A stretch of 62,568 bases of DNA, the filler included, from Rhabdomonas costata (lineage: Eukaryota), in NCBI GenBank assembly GCA_019059605.1. It is 35 parts of 35 records of this genome, joined end to end, with 100 filler letters (N's around TTAATTAATTAA, not from the genome) between each part and the next. Parts side by side here need not be neighbours in the genome. Positions count along the whole stretch, not along the records: positions 1 to 1,694 come from JAHMHO010010591.1; positions 1,795 to 3,486 come from JAHMHO010010592.1; positions 3,587 to 5,278 come from JAHMHO010010593.1; positions 5,379 to 7,070 come from JAHMHO010010594.1; positions 7,171 to 8,863 come from JAHMHO010010595.1; positions 8,964 to 10,655 come from JAHMHO010010596.1; positions 10,756 to 12,447 come from JAHMHO010010597.1; positions 12,548 to 14,239 come from JAHMHO010010598.1; 27 more parts are not named here. One strand, given 5' to 3'. The notes below the pieces were generated by a model, which saw only the letters and a program-made list of their open reading frames with translations, was not told the origin of the DNA and ran no database searches. This document shows positions 1 to 12,665 of the stretch, in pieces. A program made the translations under genes and the position numbers. The number at the start of each line of letters is the position of its first letter. Within the stretch, counting starts at the first letter, position 1.

Positions 1-1465
1 TTGTGGTCTTTTTGGTTTTTCTTTTATCCTGGTGATCTTGGACGGGATAGCAGTTTGATTAGCAAACACGTAAAATTTTTATTTTTTAAAATTCGTAATT
101 GCAATGAACGGCAATGAAAAGCTCGCATCTCATGTGTGCAAATCCAAAAGTCACTTTGGCCAACAGATGCCCATGAACAAGATGGTGACCTGAACCAAAA
201 CATAAACGCCAACCATTGATGCGGGTAACCGCTGCATCGACGCTGAGCGTTCCTGCCCGCTGGCAGTTAAATGCTACCATAATCCGGTAAACATTGGGGC
301 CCTTCTGGACTCCAGGGTGCAAGGACATGTGCGAGGGACAGGGACAGGGACAGGGAAAGATTAATGCTATGGAGCTTCCGTACCCACGTGCCAAGATCAT
401 GCAAAGCTAGTAGATGAGAAACGGCTCGGACACGAGGGAGCCAAAAGTTTGGTTCAGGAAGACATCTGAATTCTGTGGGAAAGGGTCACGGGTCTCTCTC
501 TCTCTCTCTCTCGCGTCCTAAAGGAGAAGCGAAGGTGCGTCGCTGCCTGGAAGTCATCTGACAACGCAAGTGAATGAATGACAAGACAGAAAGCAAACAC
601 CGGAACGCCTAACACTTCACTTGACGGCTGTTGGCCTCAGCCTCAGTTTAAGCCAAGCGCGCCGCACAGATGCCTGCAAGGCGGCCGAGCCAATCCGGCT
701 GCCGGTGCTTTCCGCACTGGTCGGTCGAGGGAGGCTGAGAGGAGGGGCCTCCGCAGACTCTGCCTGCCTGGAGGGGGCCTCCTCCGACACCACGGTGGAC
801 TGGGACCCCAGCTCCAAAGGGCTTCCCGAAGATCTACCAATTAACCAATGAATGACACCCCCCCACACAATAAAAAAAGAAGCACTGATCTCAAGCCAAA
901 CTACACACACATAGCCCATTTTCAGAGGAAGCCCCTCCCTCCACGTTGAACAGCCCCCTGAACGTGAAATTTACCAGCGTTAGAAAACGACAAACGACAT
1001 TGTTTAGGACACGAAGCTTTCGTGGGCATTGTGGCGATGTGTGCGTGGAGGGCATTTGATGGGGCTACTGTCGTTCTTCATTTCTCTCTCGTAGCCATTA
1101 ACTATCCGCTCTTGTGAGCTGTTGAGCTGCGGATATGCGACGAGGACCTGATGGAACATACTGTTTGTTCACCACGTCTGAGTGAGTGTGTGAGTGTGTA
1201 AGAGTGAGTGAGTAAGTGAGTGAGTGTATGAGTTTGTGCGTGTGCGTGTTGGGCGCATAGTAGTGCGCTGGCTCTTTGCTTGACTGGCTGTGGACAATGG
1301 GTGGCCCACCGGCGTACTACCGGCGTATCGGCTTACCGCCCATCGTTCCACGTGCCGAAGTCTCCCTTCTGCCCACCAAAGGTGCCGGTCCTGGTCCCGC
1401 AGCTGCTTTTCCCACCAGCTACTCCCGCTGCTCCACCGCTGCTCGGGTCTCCGCTGGGCTGGAAC

Positions 1466-1468
<3 letters not shown>

Positions 1469-1496
<28 letters not shown>
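1469..1496. repeat. (CT)n microsatellite (others at 493-512 and 23154-23178; (CA)n at 43544-43568 and 45734-45752; (GGT)n at 3952-3972)
   Basis: The simple repeats are visible directly. Confidence 0.9.
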
Positions 1497-1500
<4 letters not shown>

Positions 1501-1694
1501 TTGAAACGACCCTTTAAGCTTTTCCTTCGGATGTGTGAACGGGCAGCACCGGTATCTGCAGGTGGTCGCAGTGCCACCACATCACTTTTTGATTGGTGCG
1601 TCTTCCTGCCTTTTCCGCTGAATCTTTTCCACCTCGCAGCTGTGAAGCATGACTCTTTGCCCAGGCGGATCTGCCGGGACTGACCACCACCCCC

Positions 1695-1794
1695 NNNNNN
1701 NNNNNNNNNNNNNNNNNNNNNNNNNNNNNNNNNNNNNNTTAATTAATTAANNNNNNNNNNNNNNNNNNNNNNNNNNNNNNNNNNNNNNNNNNNN
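1695..1794. other. Artificial contig spacer (first of 34): 44 N + TTAATTAATTAA (stops in all six frames) + 44 N
   Basis: The identical 100-nt spacer recurs about every 1.79 kb: 3487, 5279, 7071, 8864, 10656, 12448, 14240, 16031, 17816, 19608, 21399, 23190, 24977, 26768, 28560, 30351, 32142, 33932, 35722, 37513, 39301, 41091, 42881, 44672, 46463, 48254, 50043, 51833, 53622, 55411, 57201, 58991 and 60779. Confidence 0.99.
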
Positions 1795-2381
1795 TTGTTT
1801 TGGTGGAAGGAAAGGAAAACGAAAGTCAGCTCAATATGGATGTAAACGACAGGGCTCGACAGGGTTTGCTATTTCTCATCGCACGCATTGGGAATCGAGT
1901 TTGTAGAGATGATTTGCGGTGCCAGTGTGGAAGCCAGTGGGAGACGCAATGATGGATTTTAAGCGCAGTGCAAAACAGTTTTTCTCTGTGTATGTTGGGC
2001 GCATAGAGCGCTGAGTGTTGCCTGATTGACTGTTGGCAACCGCTGTGGACTCACGGGCGTACACGGGTACTCGCGAGAGGCATACCTTTGGAGCGAACGG
2101 GATTCGGGCTCACCTTCGAGCGTTTGGGGTTTGGATTGCTGTGGTTGAACTCAGGCTCACACTGCGGTTTAATGCGACCGAGGCCAATGCACGAAGGAGG
2201 TGAGTATCCTTAGGATGCAAAAATCTGTTGCGCCAATGTGAACAGAATGGGAAAATAGGTTTCTCGCTCCCCTAGCGCGCACACGGCCTGCTATGGTGGA
2301 CGTATGGGTTCGATTGCTGTCGGTGCCGCTCCTTCCTGCCGCGTCATGCTCGTTGTTTCATGCTTTTTCTCGCACGTGCAG

Positions 2382-2971
2382 TTGGGAGGGACTGCTCCAA
2401 TCTGCAGCCGCAGCTCTGCCAGAGCTGGCGCGCACACGAGCAGGTTTGCAGATGTCAGTGTGGGCGGGTGAGGTATGCGTGCATGGCTAAGTCTCCATTG
2501 AATCTGCCCACTACCAACGAAAAATCGGCAATCTTCAACCTTGCAGCAGACCTGAGATGAGGGCGAAAGTGGGTGGAAGTGCGTCATACAAACCTACTGG
2601 TCGATTTGAAACCTGCGCCATTGTTTTCGTTTGGGACGCTGCGAGAATTGAACCCGATGAAAAAGAGGACGTGCGCGTCTTGAAAGACGACTACTACATG
2701 AAAGAGATGCCAGTCAAACGCAGTGGTTGGTCTGTTCAAGTGTTTTTTATACCCCGCTTCCCGCCTACGGTTGCTTTTTTAAAGGGCTGCCCCTCGGAAA
2801 AGTTTTTCTCACCCGTTGCCCACCCAATAAATCCTCCGCACGCACAACCTTTTCCAGGCCATGCAAGCCTTCGGATTCTGCGACGAGCACCGGTTTTTGA
2901 TCACGGGCAGCGACGATGGCAAATGCCGCGTGTGGGGGTCCACTGGGGACACCTTGGGTGACCTCCAACTG
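2382..2971 (+). CDS. WD40-repeat protein, two internal exons (2382-2443, 2858-2971)
   Basis: GT-AG splicing joins ...CQSWRAHEQ|AMQAFGFCDEHRFLITGSDDGKCRVWGSTG, a complete WD40 repeat (AH...TGSDD..RVW). Confidence 0.75.
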
Positions 2972-4254
2972 GTGTGCTGTGCCACTGTGGAGTTTTTGGC
3001 TTTCCTCTTGCCTCGGCGTCCTCTATGGGACCGGTTTGCCTACCTCACGTACACCCGCTTCCACTTGGCATGGCTTCGCCTTTATTTGGTTTTCGCCCTC
3101 AGGAAGAGAGAAAGAGAGAGAAGCTGCATGAACAATTGGGGGATAAAAGTCTCCAATTCATGGCAAACCAACAACCGGGTGAACGGGGAGAGCCGCCTTT
3201 CGGCCATTTCAGTCCTGCGAAAGATATGAACACCTCAAGCTGCACAAACGGGAATGTCAGGTGCTCAGCAGCAGAGAGCGGAAAATACAAACCACAGAAG
3301 CAGAGCGCCCGGCCAAGAAAGCGATACCTGAGCAACGAGACAAAGTGAGGGCAAGCAAGGCTGGAGACCAAATCGCGAGGTTATGGCAAGCACGACAGCA
3401 AATACTTTAATCACATTTTAGGAGAGAGCACAAAAAAGGGTGGGGGGATTAAAGTATTTGCTGTCGTGCTTGCCATAACCCCACAANNNNNNNNNNNNNN
3501 NNNNNNNNNNNNNNNNNNNNNNNNNNNNNNTTAATTAATTAANNNNNNNNNNNNNNNNNNNNNNNNNNNNNNNNNNNNNNNNNNNNGTGTTGGGGTGTGG
3601 GGGCCCCCTGACAACTCCGAACTTCGGCAGGAGTACGAGTGGTATCCCAACGTGAGGTTCTGCGTGAGCCTGAGAGAGGTGCAAGAGGAGTTCCTGGGCC
3701 TTCGCCAGCGCCAGCATCATGTCCCGGGGCCGTCCTCCCCGCGATCCCCGGTGACTATGCCCGCGTTTCGACGCCTGCGGACGCCGGTTAATTCCCGGAG
3801 GTCCTCGTGGACGACCCCTCATACGCCCTTCCCACCCCCGTCACCAGCGCTGGGGTTCATCCGCTCAATACACACTCATCACTCCACCTCCCGATCCTCT
3901 CCGCATTCTTGATGGCTCCTACCCCCAGCCTGACCACTTTGCTTGTGTCCAGGTGGTGGTGGTGGTGGTGGTGTTACAGGCTTACGAGAATACTGCTTGC
4001 TCCTGAGATGTGTCCTGCTGAAAACTTCTGGAGCCCGACTACCTGTGCGAGTGTGTGGGAACATATTTTGCTGAGGAAGCTGGTGTTGCTCTTTTTCGAC
4101 AACTTCCGAAGTGTGGTGTTTCCTTTTTCCGGAGTATTTCCCTGGTTTCTGCTGGTACGTGCTTATTTCAGACACCCCTCCCCCTTCCATCTTCGTTCTT
4201 ATCCGGCACACAGTACCATTCAAAGGGACACGGGTGACGTCAATTGAATTTAAG

Positions 4255-4708
4255 CTGTGTCAGAGGATACGCGGTAACAGGTAATATCCTCATGAATACC
4301 CCACACACTTGCACCTTCCCCGCTGTGCCTGGTCAGATTTGGCCGAGCTCGGCCCCGCGGCAACGTCCCTCTCAACAACCCCTCGCGAGGGAACGCTGGA
4401 ACCCTTCTCCGCCTTTTCTGGCCCGTGTGCCGCTGCCGACAGGACAAGAGAAAGACAGAAAAAGGGGGGTTATTATTATTATTATACATTAGACCGTGTT
4501 GCAGCAGTGGCGTGTCCCGGGTCAGGGGTAACTGGTGGTATCCCCATGAATACCGCCCACCTCTCCCGCTGTGCCCTGTCGGACTTGGCCCAGGTTCGGC
4601 CCCTTCAAAATCTCTCTCAGCTTTCCAGGGTTTTCTTGCTATGGGAGCGCTTTCTGTCCTGGCGTTTTCTTTCGCCCGTGTACCGCTGCAGACAGGACAA
4701 CAGAGAGG
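4255..4708. repeat. Diverged tandem pair of a ~200-bp unit separated by a (TTA)n tract
   Basis: The blocks GGTAAC.GGT..TATCC.CATGAATACC, CCCGCTGTGCC, TTGGCC and GCCCGTGT.CCGCTGC.GACAGGACAA occur in the same order at ~4255-4452 and ~4512-4708. Confidence 0.75.
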
Positions 4709-5383
4709 ATTCCTATCCCTGTACAGCAGACTTCGATGCCTTTTGTGCGTGTCTCCGTGGGCCGTTGCGGGTCGTTTCCTTCTTCCCTCTATTGTTCCTG
4801 CTTCCCCACTTCTTCACTTGACCCACATCTGCAGTCAACCCCCCCCCTCCCCGAGGTGCCTATTGGGGGGGGGACTGCCAGCTAACGTTTGCTTTGGGAT
4901 TTACTGTTGTGAAGTTTCTGGCTTTCTCTTTGGTCTTTGCAAGAGTGGGGGAGCACGTTCACTTTGCACAACACATCTCCCCTCTTCGGTGGAGCTGAAC
5001 TTCGGGGTTTCTGATTTTTCAACTCCATAAGTTGTCTGTGTGCCTCCACTTACGCTGTGATCGTGAGTGGTGGTACCACAATCACCAAATTAATGGCTCA
5101 GTAGTGCCTACCTGTGCGGTGCATCGTCCTCTTGCCCAGAGCCTGTTATTGAAGGAAAGAACATCTTCCACGTCGGTGGTTCATATCAGAACTGCAAGAT
5201 TCATGGCCAATACTGCTTTCTTGCATAAGGGAGCCAAGGAGACTGGAGGCGGGGGGATCTGCTCTGGGTGTATCGCTTNNNNNNNNNNNNNNNNNNNNNN
5301 NNNNNNNNNNNNNNNNNNNNNNTTAATTAATTAANNNNNNNNNNNNNNNNNNNNNNNNNNNNNNNNNNNNNNNNNNNNGTGTT

Positions 5384-7070
5384 GTGGGGGTACAGGTCAA
5401 AGGCACCGACTTTAATCGGAAGACCCAAAGGCATCGCATCAATGGAATTCACTTTCGTCGGGGAATGAGCGCTGTTTATGTCACCATCAATCCTTCTGAT
5501 CTCCGCAGTCCTCTGTTTTTGAGGTTTGCAATTCCTTCTTTGGGTAGAAAAGGCCAAGTGAAAGTTCTTGCGGAAGAACAAGCAAAGTTGGTGGCTTCCA
5601 ACCCTGTTGCGGCAGCACAGTTCTTCGACGCCTGTGTGAACGCTTTCATCTCTGCCTTACTTGGTCATGGGAAGGACCAAGGTGTTCTTGGTAGAGTACA
5701 GGACTTTTATGGCACTGTGGAGGCAGCAGGCAGGGGAACGTTGCACTGCCACTTCATAATTTGGTTGAAGGGCTGCAACTGGGTGAGGGTGGATCAAATC
5801 CTTTCGGACAGTGATGAACTCCGTGATCGATTCCTTCAGTTTGTGGACAGCGTCATTTCCGAGTGCCTTCCTGAGATGCCAAAGAATTTGAAGCAGAAAG
5901 ATGTTCCGGCGTTGCACTCCGAGATGAGTGACGAAGTACTACTGGATTCGATCCTGAAGCGGCTGCCTTTTCTACTGCGGCGCGTGCAGATTCATGAGTG
6001 CAAAACGTCTTGCTTCAAGTACTGCAAGGGTTCGCAGAAGACATGCCGCTCGCATTACCCCAAGAACTTCGTGGACAAGACAATGCTTACATGTGAGGGA
6101 GAGCTGCTGATAAAGAGAAATCACCCTCGTATCAATGGGTTTTTGGTATGGATCATCATTTGCTTGGAGTGCAACATGGACATCAGACTTACGCTGGATG
6201 AATGTCAGCAGAGGGGGCTCGTGTACTACATCACCGACTACATAACCAAAAAGGGAATGTCAACGCACACCATTTTCCCCTTGATTGTGTCTGTGTTAGG
6301 AAAATTGGAAGCAGGGCCAGGTATCAGCTCGGGTCCCGCGGAAGCTTTTCGTCTACTGGCAATAAAAATTCTAAATCGTCTGGTGGGAGAGACTGAGCGA
6401 TCGGCACCTGAAGTCGCTGCACGTCTTTTGGGGATTCCAGACCACTATTCATCGGTGCCGGACAGTCGTTTTGTTTGTTTGAAGCTGGGTCAGTTTTTGG
6501 CGTACATTCGGAGACAACTTGATTTTGATGATGATGGTGACAGTGAAAATGCGTTTGAGGTTGGAGTGGTTACTTCTTTTAGCTCCCTTTTGTGCTCCCT
6601 GGACGATTCGCAATGCAATGACTACTTTTGTAGTGGAGAGGAGATGGAGTCTGTTTCTCTGTATCGGATGGTTGCGTGCTGGAAAAAGGGTGATCCGTCC
6701 ACCAGCGGAAAGAGTGATGTGGATTTTCGGAGCGACCACCGCCAGTACAGGGAGAAGGTGATGAAGAAGAGGTTAAAGGAGTGCATTCCTGTGTGGTTTT
6801 CTCCTCCTATTCCGTATGACCTGGTGGAACCTGAGAGATTTGCCATGATTATGCTCTGTCTTTTCAAGCCGTGGAGAAAGGCACGTAATTTGTTGGGCTG
6901 CTGCTCTTCTTTTGACCAGTCCCTTGGTATTTTTGAGGACCGCCTTCTTAAAACTGAAGGAGCTCCGTGCCTGGAACTGGAAGTGCTGTGGAACATCAGG
7001 CGATGCTGCCGCGCTATGGAACGAAGAAAAGAGGAGAGGCGGGCAGCATCGCCTGATGTCCCACACCACC
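5384..7070 (+). mobile_element. Helitron (Helitron2/Helentron-like) RepHel protein, HUH Rep domain; partial, intronless ORF spanning the whole contig
   Basis: About 560 codons with no stop. Motif 1 is YVTINPSD, followed by NPVAAAQFF. The HUH motif is YGTVEAAGRGTLHCHFIIW (~5710-5765). Then come QIHECKTSCFKY..CRSHYP, CNMDIR, the two-tyrosine motif YYITDYITK (~6224-6250), ERSAPEVAARLLG and LCLFKPWR. Confidence 0.9.
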
Positions 7071-8997
7071 NNNNNNNNNNNNNNNNNNNNNNNNNNNNNN
7101 NNNNNNNNNNNNNNTTAATTAATTAANNNNNNNNNNNNNNNNNNNNNNNNNNNNNNNNNNNNNNNNNNNNTGTCCTGCTTTCCCTTTCGCCAGGGAGACC
7201 TGGAATTGAGACAGCAGCAGTCGTGTAACCCCGTGATTGTTTCTCATTTGCCTTGCAAACGGAAGCACCGCCATGTTTGGGGGATATGTCCATTCTCTGA
7301 GGAGGGAATCATACGAAGTGTTTTTCCCCTCGCCTTTTAACGCAACGTAATTATTTCCTAAGGCATTGAAGGTGGATTTCTTCACCGTGTATAAAGAGCG
7401 TTAGATGGGCATTTTTTTCTCCCTCCCTCTACTTACGTACTCTTCCAATTATGCTTTCTGTATGCGTGCAGGTGGGAAATTGTCCGGAGCAATCCCAACA
7501 ACTATCACCTGAACCCCCGGATGGGGTCCAATATGAGGTTTCCTGCTCTTTACAACCGGATATTGAGGTAGAAGATCGTCGTAATCTATTTTGCAACAGG
7601 GTCATATGCCCTTGTCTGTTAGGTAGGCTCTCGTCCCTGAACTCGTCTGAAACAGTGCTCTGGTGACTTCTTATTGAGTCAATTCTGTTGTTCGGTTTGA
7701 TTCCTCACTTTTTGAAAAGGCAGATCCTTCAGTGAGTTGCTTCCTCTTTTCTGCTGTCTCACTTTTGCTAGGAAAGACGGAAAGACTTGAACCTCCTCCA
7801 CTCTGTGGTCCATGATTGCATAGTTGCCCCCGCTTACATTGCCCTTGTCCATTTCTTCCTTTTCAGCATCACTCTTTTTTTTGAAGCTCTCCATTTATTT
7901 CTCGCTAATTTGGTGATGGTGTTTTCTAGACACTCGAGTGTGGACGTCTTTAGGAGGTGTTCTTGAGGCAAAATGATTTTTATCATCACAGGTATTGGAA
8001 GCAGAATTATGCCTGGACGAAGGATACCTACCTGGATTCCGCGGGCCACCCGGCCAAGTTTCAGGACTCCCCGCATGACTCCGCAGCTCACCCTTCCCCG
8101 TTTCGAGCTGTTGTTAGCCCACGAGTTATGCGCGAAGTTTAAGGGCATTCATTCTGCAACATACACACGAGGGTTTGTTGCTGGTGGTGAGAGGCGGTGT
8201 TGCCGCTTGCTTTGCACTTTCCTGTATTCATTATTTACGGCATTTCGATTGCAACATTCGGCGATTTGTTCGACTGTCGAGTGGGAGATAATGCCCGGTT
8301 GCTAAGTTCGTTTCAAGAATGTAACTTTTGTTTTCGTGACAGCTTTCTTTCCAATGCTTCTCGAGCACATGCATTGGAAAGAAAGAGAAAGGGTCCGTGT
8401 GTGGAATGTGTCAGGACTGTGATAGAGGGTATGCACTCTAGAGTCTGGCGGGGGTGAGTGAGAGGTGATACTTTGTTATTTGTGTTTTACGCAGCAAGTT
8501 GACTCGCGATACAAAACCCAAACACACCCTCATATTTTCGTTTTTCGGCCTTATATCGCATATGTACACATGTATGTGTCGTGAGCTCTGGGACGCTTAT
8601 TGGCTTTCCGCATTGCGTAAGGTACATCATGCAACACAACATCAAGGCGAACAGGCATTACTTCGTTGTCTCTGGGACCACTTTGTGTGCTATCCTGTAA
8701 CTTTGCAGCCCGGCACCTGATTTGCGGGTGTGGTTCGAAAAGCGAAACAGTTCTCGGTGAAAGTGTCTTTCCCGAGCTGTGTTTTCCTTTCTTGTTGTAT
8801 TGGCAGGAAGGATCTCAGGCAGGATCTCTGAAATCGTGGTGCGTTTGAAGGGACCACAACACANNNNNNNNNNNNNNNNNNNNNNNNNNNNNNNNNNNNN
8901 NNNNNNNTTAATTAATTAANNNNNNNNNNNNNNNNNNNNNNNNNNNNNNNNNNNNNNNNNNNNAGAGGGTTAGGGAGACTTAAACCAGGAGGGGGAT

Positions 8998-9024
8998 CCG
9001 GGGGGAACCGTAGGTTCCCCCCGG
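8998..9024. repeat. Perfect 12-bp GC-rich hairpin CCGGGGGGAACC-GTA-GGTTCCCCCCGG
   Basis: Arms at 8998-9009 and 9013-9024 are exact reverse complements. The hairpin is preceded by GGAGGGGGAT. Confidence 0.9.
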
Positions 9025-11280
9025 GAACTTGCCTATACCCTTTGGGCACAATAGTAAAGTAATGCCCAACATTATTTTCGGGACGGAGGCCAGCGCAGCG
9101 GCGGCGCTTGCAAGAGCGGGCAGATGGGTTGGGACGAACAACGAAGTGGGAAGTGAGCGATGCTCCATTTAGCATTGCTTCCGGGGGTTGGGTTTCAGAG
9201 GGTACACGTAATATAATTCTTCCCTCCGGTCCTCATCATTTCACTCATCCGTACTGTCAAGCCAACTTTTGTCTGAATCATCTGCACAGGCGGGCTCCAC
9301 GGGCTCCACAACCAACTCTGAAGGATCCCCAATTATCTTGGGGCACGTCGGAGACGCCGCGGCACAATTTTTCGCTCTTCACAGCTTCTGGTTTCGGTTG
9401 TGAAGAGGGAGGGAAGGGAGAGGACATGAAGCATTCCTGCACAACCCGCACGAAGAGACTAAGGCAGCCACAAACACAGGACGAATACAGTCACAAGGCA
9501 CTCGAAACTTCTTCTTTAGCAGTCAGATCTTTAAAATGGAGTGAGGGTGGCACAGCTCTGGGTAGGCAGGCAAGACAAGGCAAGGCAAGGGGGGGGGGGG
9601 CAGACCCCCCCGTAGAGTGCGAAGCCATCGGCACTGATGGAGCACTAAGCAAGGTGGTTGACACTAAACGGACGGAAGGCATGGGAATAAAAACAAGGAG
9701 GAAAAAACCAGAAGCCTTTGCAGACTCGAAGGGACATCAGAAAGAGGAGGAGAGAGAACCATTTTGAAACCCACTTAGTGGGGCCACCCCACCGCCTGGC
9801 CTGATTGGATGGATGCCGCGCGCATGAGCACTGACACCTGCACACAAGCTGAAAAACAGGAAAAGAAAGCGCACGCAAAGACAAGGATTTCTTCGGGCAG
9901 GGAAACACAGCCCGTGCAATGCCCTCCCTCCTCTTCACAAACAGAATCTTGGCCCCTACCCACTCACCCACCCAACCCTCACATGGTTCCACTCCTCGTG
10001 TAGCACAAGCTGGCCGAGTCATCCCCGGAAAGCAGTGAGACGAGGGAGTAGGAAGCTTGGGAAGGACCTACTTCCGGCGAAGGGAGGACTTACGCTGGGC
10101 AGCCGACGGAAGGCCCAGGCGGGCACCTCGGCGGTGTGGGCGGCAGCTCCAAAGGACGGCGACCAGCCCAAAGGCGTAGAGCAACAGCGTCAGGGTGACC
10201 ACGTCAAAGCTCAGCCAAGACTGTGCGGCCCACCCCACGCAGGAAGGCGGTGCCTCAGAACCAGTGGTGCTTCAGCACGGGAGGAGTGGGAGACTTTATT
10301 TTGCTCCGCAAAAGATCCCGTAAAAGTCTGTTACTCAACACCCGTATTCGGAGCAGAGAACCGGGCACATCAACCCGTCTGCCGTAAGCCCACACTTGAA
10401 AGGGTGTCTGCTTTCATTTCTCGCTCCATGCATCTCCTCTGCTCTAGTTATCTCATCGATACCGATCTGTCTTTGTTCCAATCGCCTCATACTCAATCCG
10501 TCGGAGCCATGGCGATCCAGGCCGTCGTTCTTCAAGAGACCGAACTTGAGTTATTTCCCTTCCTGTATTCCTACCTTTCCGACTGCCGCGGAAGGGCTCT
10601 CGGGAGTTAGGGAAGGGTCCCGAGAACGATAAGATGATCATATGTACACACAAACNNNNNNNNNNNNNNNNNNNNNNNNNNNNNNNNNNNNNNNNNNNNT
10701 TAATTAATTAANNNNNNNNNNNNNNNNNNNNNNNNNNNNNNNNNNNNNNNNNNNNCCGATAAAATAAAACACCAAGCTTCGAAAGAGTTCGGTTGAATTG
10801 TTTATATCGGTTTTTTGGGATGTCTCTTTTCACGTCTTAATAGTAAATTTAAAAACTAGGACGGGCTGTGGCTGTCTTCAATGGGCTCGGGACCGTTTTG
10901 GGGCCAAATATGATAGAATATTAAGACAGATTGTTGGCGAACGTCTTCAGCTGCTCTCGGGTGGGAGAGATGGGACGATTCTTGGAGGTTGAATGCCCAG
11001 AGTGTGGGAAAGGGGAGGGGCAGTTTCGTGGTCACACAGTTTCTTCCAGATGGCGAAACAGGGCCGCGGCGGCTGGGTAGAATCCGAGTCATGATCAAAG
11101 GCAGAAAAAGGCGACGTTCGGTGGGAGGATTGAGGTTGCCCAGCCCTGTGCAGCCTAACTCGGTCTCGCAAGACAAGTCGAATGTACGCCAACAAAGAAC
11201 CAACACGTATGCTGTATGTGCTTGACGAAGTCCAAAGATTTTCAAGAGGAGAAACGGCCCGGAGGCTGGTCCGGGGAGCG

Positions 11281-12278
11281 TCACCGCTCCTCATATTGCT
11301 GCGGAAAAAAGAAAAATTTGCAGGATACGCAATAGCCTCACACTACCCAGGGATTTTCATTGCAGTGAACTGCATTACGTCACTTCATTTATCCCGCATA
11401 CCACTGTCATGAAGTGCTTTTACGTAATATTTTGAAGAATGATGCTGTGCAATCTAAAGTGAAGTAATACCACGTAATAAAATGAAAGCTAATTGGGCTG
11501 GACATTGATCACATTTACCAACCAATCAACCATCCATAAGAAAATGTGTTGCTATTGACGAACTCATTTTTGAATGTCATGCCGATGGATACCGGAACAG
11601 ATGGAATCATCCGCTGGTAACGAATCAAACACAAAGTCTGGGATGCGAGGCACCAGTTTCTACTTTTTGGCCTATCTTTTGCCACATCTGTTGAATCCCG
11701 CAATTCGTTTTTCAAAAAAAAGAAAGGGGGGGGGGAAGGACCTGCCCGTTGAGCTCGACAAAACGGGCCTCCAGCTCCGCGATGCTGTCCTTCCACGCCC
11801 CCAGCGTTTCCTGCAGCTGGCTCCACTGGTCGTGGGTGAACATCGCGTGCTGAGTAAAGCTGTTATTTTTAGGTTTTTCATTCAAACAAAAAGGCCTTGA
11901 GCGTGCGCCTGCATATTTCATACTACGTAACAGAACTACATACATTTGGTCCTAGAAACAAGAAAAGGAAACCAACTTTTGTTTTCATGCTATACGGGGG
12001 GTTTCCGACTTCACTCGCATCTCCACAGCGAACTTGCATGGGTTTGGAGCGGTAACGTTTGTGGCTACATGAAAATGACGGGCGTATGACCAGCTCGGAC
12101 CGCGGCAACAGCAACGTTCACTCATGAAAACCAAACAATTCTGGGGGCCTTCGCACACCCGAACTTGACTGTCTTCTTGATAGGGTCCATCCGGCAGCTC
12201 AGCAGCCGAAGCCCCACCGCCTTAATCAGAATCGGCTCCAGCTGCTCATCGTCCAGCCCAAGAGCAGTCGCGACGTCA
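11281..12278 (-). CDS. EIF3M: Translation initiation factor eIF3 subunit M (PCI domain), 3' exons 12278-12159, 11859-11742 and probable terminal exon 11298-11281
   Basis: The spliced product DVATALGLDDEQLEPILIKAVGLRLLSCRMDPIKKTVKFG|FTQHAMFTHDQWSQLQETLGAWKDSI matches the PCI winged helix and the F...QW..L...L..WK tail of eIF3m. Junctions are GT-AG and in phase. Confidence 0.75.
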
Positions 12279-12665
12279 CTAAGACAGCACACACATGCAC
12301 ATGGTCGTGCACACTGATAATTTATCCAGACTCTCTTCTCGGGAGTGAAACGCACTCTCTGACATGGTTGAGTTCAGAATGGAAGCCTCCCATATGCTTG
12401 AGAGCTCCGCGTGTGGAAGCATAGACACGACCGATCCACCCCCCCCCNNNNNNNNNNNNNNNNNNNNNNNNNNNNNNNNNNNNNNNNNNNNTTAATTAAT
12501 TAANNNNNNNNNNNNNNNNNNNNNNNNNNNNNNNNNNNNNNNNNNNNAAGCAGACACCGCTGCGTTATTTTGGTGCGGGTGATGAGGTTGGAGGCCTATT
12601 CCCAACAGCCATCGCAGACAGCAACATTTCTGTGAGCATGCGCCCTTCCGGTGCCCTTTTCACAG

